From: Octopus bimaculoides
Taxonomy: Eukaryota
Length of the DNA stretch: 64,000 nt
Reading direction: 5' to 3'
Assembly (NCBI RefSeq): GCF_001194135.2
Contig: NC_068984.1
Coordinates: forward strand, 28,561,821 to 28,625,820
Shown: piece by piece, positions 1 through 12,730 of the stretch
How positions within the stretch are numbered: the first letter of the stretch is position 1
Layout: the number at the start of each line of letters is the position of its first letter
The notes under the pieces: model-generated
Told to the model about the DNA's origin: nothing
What the model saw: the letters and a program-made list of their open reading frames with translations, nothing else
The model's database searches: none
Made by a program: the position numbers and the translations under genes

Positions 1-50
<50 letters not shown>
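1..50. repeat. (TA)n microsatellite
   Basis: Directly visible TA run with a few interruptions. Confidence 0.95.
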
Positions 51-1654
51 CAAATATATAGCTTCAGAAGTTTTCTTATACATAGCCTACATGCTCAGTG
101 TACACACATATATGAAAAACTGTTAAAAGAGTAATGAATGCAGTCAATAAATTCTTGAAAGTGATAGACCAAAATTTATGTTTAATATCTTTACTTTGAA
201 TTTATGAGAGTAAAGAAATATGTATATGTATATATATTTTTAATTTTTTGACGAAAAATATGAACCAAAATTCTAAGTTTTATTACGTTGTGAGAACAAA
301 AAGAAATAAGGAAGATAGTGAAAAGAAAAATTTAAACTATATTTTTATGGTTGAAAGACCTTGACTAAAATTATGATTTCAAATTAGGGTTACTGATTTT
401 TTGGTCAATTATAGTCCAATAAATTAGTGTTCTTTTCCCATTTTTCAGTGGAGTCAATTACAATTTCTCTGTTGAGTTTGTGAAGACTTGCAGTTCATGA
501 CATAAGCATGAGAAACAGATATTTTAGCTGTTTAATATTCTTCCTTAGAATTGCTTTTGTCTAACAATATTGCTGTGATTATGCAGGACAGTGTATCTTC
601 ATTACATCACAAAATAGGTTTTCTAATTGGCACAAATAAAAACTATTTTACTGCATTCTATACATCAAAGTGCAGTGACTCCTAAATTCTAACTTGCATT
701 TATTTGTAAATACTTGATAAGCTTCTCAACAAAACAGCATTTACAAAAATAATTCAAATAGCCAAGGTTATATAATAGCATTTTAAATCATTAGTGTAAT
801 ATATTAAATAATCAGTCAGAGCCCATAATATAATGAAATATATATATTGAAATATGGTTATTTCATTAGTAATAATTATATTTGCAGGTTATCAAATGAC
901 CTTGTACATTTTTATTTTTTTATTGGTTTGGTCTGAAGGAAGGAATTGTGACAATGGTGATTGAAGGCTCTCTGAGACCAGTGAAACTGATGAAGTTTAC
1001 GTTCCTTTTGAATAGTTACAAGGTGATGGCTGCAGGAAATACATGGGTAGGATGGGAATTTCTAAGGAGAAATGAGTTGCTGTAGCAGTTACTTTCTGCT
1101 TGGGAGTAGACATAATATGGGTTGTAAAAGAGAGATGAATGGGTCATGAGCAGCTAAACAGATGTGGCAAGAGACAATCTGACTCTGAGTAGCAGAAGCT
1201 ACAGTAGTAGTGGTAGAGAAAGCAGAGGGAAGAAACAGCACATCTATAGGCCAGAGATTAGAATGTGTTGGTGAGTGGCTTCATACCAATCAGATGATTG
1301 GAGGTGGGGATGAGGAAATGTACCCACAGTCCCTAAAAAACCCCACTTGGTTCCTGTTGTATCTGTATATGTAGCAGCATGTCATCCCATGTATAGAGCT
1401 GTATACTATTGTGAATTTAACCTAAACTTTGTAGAGTGTTAGTATTCATTAAAAGTTGATGCATTTTCTAACATTAAAAGGAAAGAAATTTCTATGTGAA
1501 TTCATGCATAATTAATTATTCCTGCTAACTTCGAGTGTATTTATAGAATCATAGTAGGTATCAATAACTTACAGACAATTTGTAAAAATGTATTTTTAAA
1601 AACTTCTCCACTATACTCTGATGCATATTGAGTTAATTAATTTCAAAACTAAGT

Positions 1655-2085
1655 TGTTCTTGTTTAGTCCCAAATCAACTCTGATTGGGTAAATCTAATG
1701 TTGGAGATATTGCAGCTGTAATCATCTGGTCATTTTTACACATCTACAGCCACATTGTCTAAGATATCCTTCTCTTTTGAACATAGTAGTTTGTCATTTG
1801 AGATAGTAGTTTGTTATTTGGCTGCTAATTCTAGCAGATCAAGTAGCTGAATACAAGCTTCGTGACTGGAGCATTCAAAATCAACTTGTCTCTGTCTAGC
1901 TGTAGATTAGTTCTGATTCTACAAGCCTATCATTAAATGCCATCCAGTCATGCCCATCTTATTTCTTTTTCTGTATCTAGGATAAATTGTCTGATGAGTC
2001 CTTTCCTTTTTAAATCAATAGTCTATGTCAAAATGGAATTTGTTGTTATTTCTAGCAGGTTGAGTGACCATGTAGAGGCCTCCAG
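1655..2085 (+). repeat. Two tandem decayed copies of an unclassified short interspersed repeat
   Basis: Motifs gtttagtcccaaatcaactctgat...tttggctgctaattctagcagatcaagt and ttgttatttctagcaggttgagtgaccatgtagaggc. Reverse-complement copies recur near 3440-3500, 12940-13075, 30830-31015 and 52710-52890. Confidence 0.55.
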
Positions 2086-2552
2086 GTAAATTATTTGAAT
2101 GCTACTTGTACCATTCTTGATTGAATTAACAATAATTAATCAGTTTTTGTTCTATATTGAATATATTAGAGTATTTTACAGAAATAAAACATATTACAAG
2201 GAACTAAGAACAATTTACATAATTCATATGATTAGAAACATTAAAAGAAGTGATTCGCGTAAAAATGTTTTTAGATCCGCTTTCAAAAGGTTAAAAATGT
2301 AATATAATTGGCTGTTTAGAGAGATTTGATGAGAGAAATCCAGAGATAAGGGAAAATGAAAACTATACAGCATCAGTTTGATATTTAATGCCATCCACGT
2401 CAAAGTTAAAAAACAAAACATAATGGAAATGACACACCCCAAATCAGGATAACTGAATTTTACAAAGAAGCCAGTGGGAGGCCAATAATTGCTTAAATCA
2501 TATTAGTATGCAAAATGCTAAAAATCAATAGCTCAGTAATGATTATAGCAGC

Positions 2553-2655
2553 GATGATGATGATGATAGTGATGATGATGGTGGTGATGATTATGATGGG
2601 GGTGTTGGTGGTGACGATAATGATGGTGGAATTAGTGGTGGTAATGACGATCATA
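2553..2655. repeat. Degenerate (GAT/GGT)n triplet repeat
   Basis: Directly visible. Confidence 0.85.
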
Positions 2656-3504
2656 ATGCTGAATATATTTAAAATCAGTGAAAGATAGTATTCTGTAAAA
2701 CACTTGATCTTGTTCCTTGTACAAACATAGCAAAATTCATAGATGTCCCATCAACGAATGCATTAAGTAGCTGGTTGGGTGGGCATCCTTTTTCGGATGT
2801 GTGGACTGATTACAGCTCATAGAAGCAGATGCATAAAAGTTTAATGGCAAAGATAAAAAACACTCCTGACACAAAAATAACAAGTCCAAAATTCGCCAAA
2901 AGTAGATGATTGGATTTTAAGGCAAAAACACAACTAATGGGAAAATAATACCTATTTCTTTTCAAAAACTGTTACTGTTACAGAAGGAATCTAAACTCTG
3001 AAAATTCCTAATTCTAATGAATTTTACAAGACTTTGGAAAGTTGTAAATACATACAGCAAATAGAGATATTCCCATACATACACACGGAATATATGTGCA
3101 TGCATACACATACACACTACATGCATGCATATATATTGATTGCAATTTAGCAAGAGAACTGTCACAGCTACTTCATTTTGCTTCTAGCTATTTCACTTAC
3201 AGCATTAATGTCTTTGTAAAAGGCATAAATACTGCAACCCCTCCTTCCTTGTTTGTCAAAGTCAATAGTACTTGTAATACATTGTTGGCTAACTTAGGTC
3301 ATAAAAGTCAAATAATTGATTTTATTTATAATACTCATGTGTGGGCTAAATAAATGTTTCTATAATTATAAAACATGACAAATGTTCATTGCATTTAATA
3401 AAAACCTTGAAGGTGAACCAATGAGTTAGATTTTACACAATTGCTTGATCTTCTAGAAATAGCAGCCAAATATCCCTCAAATCACACCTTTTCACCTTAA
3501 AATA

Positions 3505-4092
3505 AAAGCAATAGATATTTAGGCATAAGCAGAATTGGTTGCTGTGTGCAAGAGAGAAGACTGTGCCGGTTTCGTAATGTGATGTGGATGGATGCTGACA
3601 GCTCCTTAAAAGAGTGCCGATCTCTCAAAGTAGATGAGACATGTGGAAGCGAGAGACCCATGAAGACATGGGATGAGGTATCAAAGAGTGACCTCAGGAT
3701 GCTGAACCTTTCAGGCAAGATGACAAAGGACCGAGATGCCTGGTGCCAAGCCATACTCAAGAAGATCTGTACTCCACAGCAGAAGTTTTAAGACCGATCC
3801 TTCTGGTGGTGTAAAGTAAAAACATCCATATGGTGCCATATAAAAGTGCTCATACAGTTCCACATAAAAGTGCATGTGCAGTGCCACGTAAAAGTGCCTC
3901 TGTGGTGCCATGTAAAAGCACTCGAGTGGCACCATGTAAAAGCACCCAGCACAGTGGTTGATGTTAAGAAGGGCATCCATAGAAACCATACCAAATAAGA
4001 CTGGAGTCTGGTATACCTCCTCAGCTTGCCAGCCCTGGTCAAACAGTCCAACCCAAGCCAGTATGAACAACAGACATTAAAAGATGATGATG
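3505..4092 (+). mobile_element. 5'-truncated, decayed RTE-clade LINE 3' end (ORF C-terminus, 3'UTR, (GAT)n tail)
   Basis: ORF 3546-3791 VQERRLCRFRNVMWMDADSSLKECRSLKVDETCGSERPMKTWDEV..DLRMLNL..KMTKDRDAW aligns with the younger copy at 11146-11394; followed by a similar 3'UTR and gatgatgatg tail. Confidence 0.85.
3808..3951 (+). repeat. 6 x 24-bp minisatellite inside the RTE 3'UTR
   Basis: Units at exact 24-bp spacing: ggtgtaaagtaaaaacatccatat / ggtgccatataaaagtgctcatac / agttccacataaaagtgcatgtgc / agtgccacgtaaaagtgcctctgt / ggtgccatgtaaaagcactcgagt / ggcaccatgtaaaagcacccagca. Confidence 0.85.
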
Positions 4093-5549
4093 GGGATATA
4101 CTTTGCAGGAAAAAAATAAGGGTTAGTAATGGCTGTCTGATTGAGGTCAACTTGGGGCTGAATGATAAGAAATCTAAAGATAGCTAAAAGTCTAATTGAA
4201 CGTATATGTCACAAATTCATTCACTCATTTTACCATCATTTTTCTGTGCTGGTATTGGTCGGATGAGTACTTATTCTGAGGCATTATTTTTACAGCCAGA
4301 CCAGATATTCTTCTTGTCACCAATCCATTTTTCATTCACAAAGTAGTTTTTATTATTCTACTTCTGGACTAGAGAGCTATGAGATGCAGTGTTCACCATT
4401 TTTTTCACTAAGATGATTGCATATGAAAAGCAAAATGGACAACATTCATGCAGACATACATACACACAAGATGAACTTCTATGTAATTTTCGTCTGCCAA
4501 CTTCACCTACAAGGTATTGGTCAGCTCTAGGCAACAGATGTTTGCTTATGTTGCCATGCAATGATACAAGACTCAAGACCAAGAGGTCACAGAGCAAACT
4601 TCTTAGCTACACAAGAATTAAATCTAATAAACATTAGGAATGAACTATATCCAATACAATTTTGGAAGTTTAATTCAATAAACACCACAGTATAAAAAAA
4701 TGTATAATTTATGAATGGATAGATGGAGGCATGGAAATATGTGTGTTTGTGCATGTATTTACAGTTTAAAGAAGTCAACTACAAACTATTTGTACATTTA
4801 ACTAATTTTCAAATTTAGTTTTTCAAAGCTTCATCAATTATTTCTGTGTAACATAATACTGTGTAATTCTGTAGATGTGGTAAAAACCAGTGGTTAATGC
4901 CAAGCAACCAGGATATATTATTCAATTGTTTACTATAGTGTGAGAACCTTAAATTATATGAACAGAAGTTGTATACATTCAACAAATGTGAGCATTTTAT
5001 TAGTTCATTCTAAAAAAAACAATATAGATTCCCTATTGTTTGACAGTCACACATTTCTTTTTGAAATGACTTCAGATTTAAATTCATCTTTTTTTTCTGC
5101 CCTTTTACAAAGTCTAGTAGCCTGAAGAAAATATATGGGAATGTCACAAGAGCATTGTCAATGGGTTTACCATTTTTGTTTTTGCCAACAACAGTTAATA
5201 AAATAGAAACTTGGCTTTTAAAACAACTTTTGGAGTCATATTAAGAAGGAAAAAAAATTACTTATGTTAAATATTTCAGGTAAGATATTTACTTATAAAT
5301 ATATTGTGTTGGAGGAAAAACCCAAAAGGGGTAAATACCATTACTGCAATGGCTTTAAAAAAAAAAAGAAAAGAAAGAAAGTATTTTTCACACAACAGTA
5401 ACAGAATTCTCATTAAATATGTATGGATATAAAAGGACATGTAATTCAGTTTGACTTTCTTCCAAGTTATAAAGATGAATCTAGACTTGTAGGATACATT
5501 TAGTACACATTACATGCCTGTATGTATGTGTGCATGTGTGCGTGTGTGT

Positions 5550-5850
5550 GCATAACTTAGTGGTTGGGGTGTTGCACTCATGATTGCAAGATCGTGGGTT
5601 CGATTCCCAGACCGGGTGTTGCATTGTGTTCATGAGCAAAGCACTTCATTTCATGTTGCTCTGGGATCATTTCGACATCTGACATGTGACACCCAGTTGC
5701 ACTTGTACAGGTAATGTCAATTTGATGGAGGGAGTGAGCTTATGTCTACACAAACATTTGATCACTATAAACAAATCATCTATGTGGTTGTTCAGTAAGA
5801 AATTGTCGAACTCTCATACATCATCTAATGACAGGAGAATCCATTATTAT
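5550..5850 (+). mobile_element. tRNA-derived SINE
   Basis: A-box-like ttagtggttggggtg and B-box gggttcgattccc (5596-5608), then tgagcaaagcacttcatttcatgttgctc body. Related minus-strand copies near 36283-36440 and 43965-44200. Confidence 0.8.
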
Positions 5851-6729
5851 ATATTATATATATATAGCAGCATCAGTAACAGGCAGGGATGAGGAATAAA
5901 CAAACTTTAGGTTAGTTAAAATATGTTTGTGATATATTTTAACTTCTAAAGGCAAATACACTGTAGTTACCATGGAGAAAGATTCTGTCTTAAAAGTGTA
6001 AAAATACCATATCTGCCCAGTGTCTCCCTCTCATACGCTCTCTGATATGCACTTTTCTACAGCTGAATGCTCTTCCTGTTGCTGACCCTTATCTATTTCC
6101 CAAAAAAGAAATATTTCTTCCAGTCTTTTGTACAATAAGCAGCTCAAAGGTTGGTCATCTTTCTATGGAAGATTGCACAAAAAATTGCTGCAATTATAAA
6201 AAGATGACTTCATTGATAATCAATGTGTAAATGTCAAGATGTAGGAAGAATAAACATATGGCCTGATCCATGCAAGCATGAAAAGGTGAATGTTGAAATA
6301 ATGATGATGATGATATTGATATATACATAAATGCACACGCATATAAAAAGGTTAAAATCCTTTTGCCTAGAGTAATATTCAACATTCGCCCTCTAATAGC
6401 CACCACCACTTCTACTTAACTAATTGAACACTCTCACTAATATTGCACTGCTAATGAAAGCTGATTAATATTTTCATCCTTAATGTAAGATGGTTAATAT
6501 TGACAGGAATTTACAGTAAATGATTACAAGTGGAGGAAAGATTGTCATTAGATGAGTAGGATAGAATTTTTAGGTATTTTTCTTCACATAAATTACTGAT
6601 GTTCTAGAGAAAAGAATGAATGACCCTTAATTTAATTTTCTGTCTTCCGTGAGTCAGGAAATAAAATCTTCAATCCAAAAATTACAAATAAGTATCTATA
6701 TTTGCAAATATATTCACCTGTTGTATATA

Positions 6730-7960
6730 TTGGGTCTTCTCATAAATAATGCGGCTCTTTCAATTGTATGAGCTAAAAGTCAGAGGGGCATGGAACATTA
6801 ACTTGCTATATAAGCAGCAGGTATTAATTTTACCTTGTACTTAATTTTAGTGCAACTTTTGAAGAGTGCAGTTCAATTTTAACATTTATTTTTTCAATGC
6901 TATAACAGAAGTGAGAAAGGAGCATATTCAGCATATTTTGCTTCATGAGTTCAATAAAGGCAACAATGCAACAGAAAGTGCAAAGAATATTAATGAAATA
7001 TATTGGGACTGGACAATAAGTATAAGCCAGTGTCTACTGTGGTTCTAGAAATTTTGAGCCTCGTCCTGGAAGATCTGTAGAGCTCAACAAGTATGTCCTG
7101 CAAACCCAGGTGGAACAAAATCCAATTGTAACTGTTGAAGAAATAGCAGAAAAGCTTGGATTTAGTCATTCAACATCGGAAAATCAGCAAGTTGGGTCAA
7201 TTGGTTCCTCACAAACTTTCCAAGTCTAATCATATGCAGAGAGTGAATGTGTGCTCTTCTTTGCTGTTATATCTCATGAATGAACCTTTTTTGGACCGCA
7301 TAAAGACTAGTGATGAGAAATGGGTTCTCTATACAAATGTCAAGTGCTGAAGACAGTGGGTAGGGAAAGGAGAAACACTGGCACACCAGGCTAAAGAAGG
7401 TCTTCACCCACATAAGGTGTTGTTATCTATTTGGTAGGACATGAAAGTTTAGTCCACTGGAAACTTTTAAACCCAAACCAAACAATAACAAAGGAGATCT
7501 ACTGCAAATAGATTGAATGGCTTAAGTCAGCACTAGAAGGAAAATGACCGTCTTTGGTTTGAAGATGAAAGGTGTTCTTCTATCAGGATAATGCTCAGCC
7601 ACATACAGTGAGGATGACATCCCAAAGGCTGGATCAGTTTGAATGGGAAATGAAGCCCCACCCACTATATTCGTTGGACATTGCTCCATCTGATTATCAT
7701 TTATTCTGCAGTCTTCAACATCATTTGGACAGAAAAAATATGAATTCTGTAGACAAGGTCAGAACAGTACTGGAGGAATATTTTTCGTCATGGACAAGTG
7801 AATTTTGGAAGAGGGGCATTGCAAGTCGACCAGATAGATGGAAGAGCATTGTAGAAAATAAAGGAGAGTATATTTTAGATGAAAAAAGAACTTTGTTTAT
7901 CTTAATTTTGAAAAATAAAAGAAGTATAAAAAAGACCGCATTATTTATGTTATGACCTAA
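6730..7960 (+). mobile_element. Full-length decayed mariner (DD34D-type) DNA transposon
   Basis: ~30-bp TIRs ttgggtcttctcataaataatgcggctcttt / aaagaccgcattatttatgttatgacctaa, TA on the left. Broken transposase retains EFNKGNNA (HTH), (W)VPHKL, TSDEKWVLY, YQDNAQPH and HPLYSLDIAPSDYHLF, with several stops and frameshifts. Confidence 0.93.
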
Positions 7961-9403
7961 TGCATAATATTGAAAAAGGACAAATTAACCAAAATACAGT
8001 TTCAGTCATCATTTAAAGATCAAGGTTTTTTTTCATCCCCTATTTATTAATGTTAAATGCTCAATCTCTGAATATTACTGTAATTCTTGTGAATCTTATT
8101 TGCTTCAAAATCCTGGAAGTTATAAGGTTATTGATGCTACACATGATTCACATATTTCTATTGATGTAAAACAGAAATATTTATGTTCCTCCATCTGAAT
8201 TGCAGCCCTTCAGCTATCAATGCACTGTATAATCAATGGATTGTTTCATCACAGCTACAAGGGGTCTTTTTTTCTGTCAAACATCAGTCAGTGTGCCAAA
8301 TCAATACATCTACTTCTTGTCCTTTTTATTTTCTTATCTTTATCAGACATTTTGTAAATCTCTTCACCTTCAAAAGTGCAACTTTCTGAAACTTCTTTTT
8401 TTTAATCAAAATATTTTTTTGTTTGTTATCTATTCAAGTTAATTTCTAAAGATATTTTCAATTATTCTTATTGCAATAATGCTGGGCAACTAATCATTCT
8501 GTTGTATATTAAGAATAAAATACAAATTTAAAATTTCACAAAGCAACATTGAACCTTTGGTTAAGGTATTTTTTATTTTATATCCCCCAGCTGACTTTGT
8601 TCTGAAATAGTTTTCAAAAATGATTTCATAAGATCAGTTGTTATAAGGAAACAATAAATATATAATATACTTCTATTGATTCCATGCAGTTTTATAATTA
8701 CACGGAGTCAATTGCTTGACTTTTTGTAGTCAAAGTTATTCAAAGAGAGAGATTAGCAGTGACTTCAAAAGCAGCATGGAAGATGGGATTTGTAACATTT
8801 AGTCTTATCCTTATTCAAGAGCTGAAATGAGTAACTGAATTGAAATAGCAACAAATCAGAAAAACATGTCTCAGCTCACTGCGAAGTTATCTCTTTCTCA
8901 AAATCATTTGTCATCAGGAAAATATTATAAGTTACATAAGGAGAAACATAACTGTCTATAACAGCATGAAAATGTTCAAAATATTGAATCTACTACTAAA
9001 GCTAGCATGGGAAAATATATTTAAAATAAGAGATATTCTACCAAACAATCTGCAGTATAAATTTGAAAGAAGATTTTTCTAAGAAATCTATTTCTCTCAC
9101 ATTATGTATTCAAGGCTTATTTCTCAATGTAATTTGTATGCCAGGTCTGCAAGTATATAAAGAAATTCATTATAAAAATGCATTTAATTTTTATTCCTCC
9201 TAAATTTGTAATTCCTCTTTACAAACCACAATTTCCATTTAATATTTCAATAAACAGAATCCTAAAATAAATAATTGAATAACTAAAACACACATACACT
9301 CGCATCAGTATCTTAAATTGAATATTTACAAAGAACTGTATCTTTTTAGTATATATAAGTTATTTCTTACAAACAAAATAACATGTGATTATGTAATATA
9401 TGC

Positions 9404-9459
<56 letters not shown>

Positions 9460-9463
9460 TAAT
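9404..9463. repeat. (AAT)n microsatellite
   Basis: Directly visible, about 20 units. Confidence 0.95.
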
Positions 9464-11126
9464 AAAAAAAATTTTACATTGTCAAAATGCCACACATTTC
9501 AGAGAAGGACATCGTTGACTGAATCAAATGCAGTTCATACAGGCATTTATTTTATCAATCACAAATGGTAGAATGACAAAATTAGTTCCCATGTGAGTGG
9601 ACTCAGAATGCTTAAAGAAGTGTAACCAAATGATGCAAGGTATTTTTTCCAGAGTTCTATAATGTTTACAACTCCCTGCTCTTATAATAACAATAAGAAT
9701 GGCTTATGATATTTGGACAGGGCAACTGCTGAATAGATGGTTTATTTAACATTTGTACTTGAAAAGTACTGATTTTGTCAACTCCAAAGGGTGAAAGGTG
9801 GTGATGAGCTTGACAAAATTAGAACATGGAACATTAAGGGGCATAAAATACTGTAAGGAATTTTCCCTCAGTGTTCAATAATGTTGGCCACTCTACTTCT
9901 TATATAATATCCTGTACAATGATGTCAGTAATCCAGTCTTCTGAAATTACCCAGTTTATAGAATACCTGGCAATAATCCAGATGCCAAGCACCCATTCAT
10001 GGCCTCAAACTGACTGTATTTAAATTTTTTACAATTTTTAATAAAAAAAAAAAAAAAAAATCAGAACCTTCTATGTGCTATGTGCTCATTGCCAACTAAT
10101 CTTTGCAGATATCTTAACCTCAGACTCTGCACATTCAGACCATCTTTGATGAGCTATTTGTAGCATTGAGGCCAAGGCCTTCATTCTAAAGAGGGCTTGT
10201 TTTTCTATAAAAATTAGAATAGCAACCTTTCTATGTTACCCAGATATTTTACAAGATATATGCAACAACCAGGCATATAGCAGATAGCAGATCTTGGAGG
10301 TCATAACATGTTTATAATCTTTTAGTTGGACTTTCATAAAGAGTGTTTGCAACTTACTGATGGACTAATTCTATTTAGCATTGTCAGTTTGGAGGTCAAG
10401 TTAAACAAAGAGCATATGAGATATATTTTGCTTATGTGTCAAACAGAAATGCTTAAATGTACAAAATAACTATAGACATTTCAGAACCACTTTGAAAGCT
10501 TTCCTTGATTGATTTTCAACCCAACAACATTTTCATTTTCTCTAATTTGATAATTATCAGGACTGAATTTTTTTGAGTTTGTTACTATGATACACCAACA
10601 ATGCAAGTCACCCTAAGTCATCCTTGACTGAACCAAGCTATGTGATATCCTGTCCAATTGCCTTATTCTTCATAATACTAATTCTAACCAATATAATTGA
10701 CAATATATTTGAACCAGTGACTTTCACCAGAACCATTGATCACAATGCTTAGTTGGATTGTTAACCTAAAATATTTAATTATTTCCCCACCTTTTCTCAA
10801 AAACAAGACTTCAGTTGCTTTTCTATAAATTACAGTATATAAGATTGAACCCAATATATTGGGTAATTCTTTAAAAGCTATGTAAAGTAAACCTATGAGG
10901 AATGAAAGATTTTAGATTTTTTGCATTCTCTTTGATCTCTGAATGTACCTTATTGATTTGAATAAATCTATAACACTACTCCAAATCTCTAGCTGACATG
11001 ACAAATGTAGTTATTTCCCTGACTTAGAACACCTATGACCAGATGTGCTCTAGTCAGTTGTAACTATGTCATCGTTTTCTTAGACATAATACAGCTGCAT
11101 CTACATTATCCAGTTTAGATACTTAC

Positions 11127-11603
11127 CCGTCAGAGTGTAAGTATCTTGAGAGAAAAGCTGAACATTAGAAGCATCAGTTGTGGCGTGCAAGAGAGACGAT
11201 TGCGCTGGTATGGACATGTGGTGAGAATGGAGGAGGATAGCTGCGTGAAAAAGTGCCACACCCTAACAGTTGAGGGAACCCGTGGAAGAGGTAGGCCCAG
11301 GAAGACCTGGGCTGAGGTGGTGAGGCAAGACCTTCGTACATTGGGCCTCACCGAGGCGATGACTACGGACCGAGACCTTTGGAAATGGGCTGTGNNNNNN
11401 NNNNCGGGTGACACGTAAAAGCACCCACTACACTCTCTGAGTGGTTGGCGTTAGGAAGGGCATCCAGCTGTAGAAACTCTGCCAAATCAGACTGGAGCCT
11501 GGTGTTGCCATCCGGTTTCACCAGTCCTCAGTCAAATCGTCCAACCCATGCTAGCATGGAAAGCGGACGTTAAACGATGATGATGATGATGATGATGATG
11601 ATG
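11127..11603 (+). mobile_element. Young 5'-truncated RTE LINE (ORF C-terminus, 10-N gap, 3'UTR, (GAT)n tail)
   Basis: Open frame REKLNIRSISCGVQERRLRWYGHVVRMEEDSCVKKCHTLTVEGTRGRGRPRKTWAEVVRQDLRTLGLTEAMTTDRDLW (typical RTE RLRWYGHV and GRPRKTW motifs). CpG-rich 3'UTR and perfect (GAT)n tail. Confidence 0.93.
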
Positions 11604-12178
11604 GTATAATATAAGAGAGAGAGAGAGAGAAGAGGAATGAGAAGGAGAGAATTTACTAATATTTCTAGCGAACATGGTAGCCCTTTAGGTTTGCCAATGG
11701 CAGACACTAGTCCCCAAACACATTTACAAAATGGTCTCTGAAATATTCAGGAATGTAAATCCTGGAAATATTGGATTGTAAATGTGTCTTGAGTCATTAG
11801 AGACCTTTTGGGAGTATTGCTGTCTCTGTGAATTTTTATTGCTCCAAGTGAACAGTAGCACAACTAATTATACCAACTTTAAACTCTAAATATACTACTT
11901 TGATGACTGACATCACATCAAAAACTTATTTTGCTGTTTTGCATTTAGGTTATTTTCTTTTCCTTTATTTTAAGCTCACTACTACTAATTAATATAAATA
12001 CTACCGATGAAATAACTTTAATTTCACTAGTTACTACATCTTCAAACATTTTCTATGTCAAGATTAAAACACTAAGCTTTCATTATACAATCTAAATTCT
12101 CTAATCAGGAATGTTAGTCAGAGTACACCATCATGTCAAGCTGTGGCTAGCTAGCTAATTCGGTGTTTCTTGACCTTA

Positions 12179-12730
12179 ATAATAATAATGATAATCCTTT
12201 TGACTATAGATACAAGGCCTGAAATTAGGGGGAGGGGGATAGTCAATTACATCAACTCCAGTGCTCAACAGGTTCTTATTTCATCAACCTCAAAAGGATA
12301 AAAGGCAAAAATCAACCTCAGTAAATGACTTCAAATTTTGGCACAAGGCCAGCAATTTCAGAGGAGGGATTTACTCGATTACATCGACCCTAGCAATCAA
12401 CTGGTACATATTTTATTGACCCTGAAAGAATGAAAGGCAAAGTCAGCGTCACCACAATTTCAATTCAGAAACTAAAGATGGACAAAATGCTGCTAAGCAT
12501 TTTCACAGTATGCTAACGGTTCTGCCAGATCATTGCCTTGAAAATAATAATAATAATAATATTAATAAACCTGTCTACTATAAGTACGAGGCATGACATT
12601 TTGAGGGGTAGGTCTAGTCAATTACATGCACCCTAGTGTGCAACTGTTTCTTATAGACCCAGAAATGATGAAGGCAAAGTTGACCCTCATGGAATTTGAA
12701 CTCTGAACATAAAACTGGAAGAAATGCCAC
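12179..12730 (-). mobile_element. Cluster of three decayed tRNA-SINE copies, same orientation
   Basis: Three repeats of ...caaggcc(tga)aatt..ggggagggg..tagtcaattacatc.acccc...aaaggatgaaaggcaaagt.. at about 12179-12325, 12335-12540 and 12560-12730. Same family at 20085-20295, 49720-49945, 50452-50662, 56208-56365. Confidence 0.75.

Noticed and set aside
3180-3320. Strong minus-strand donor-like gtaagt near 3200 (also near 16868 and 29148) as the missing third Ig exon
   Set aside because: Upstream frames show no Ig motifs or contain stops; such hexamers are expected by chance.
3808-3951. CRISPR-like look of the 24-bp array
   Set aside because: Eukaryotic context, degenerate repeats, no 25-40 bp unique spacers, no cas genes; it lies inside an RTE 3'UTR.
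7572-7955. 127-aa ORF as a host SETMAR-like gene
   Set aside because: It is the last third of a broken mariner transposase between TIRs; no SET exons.
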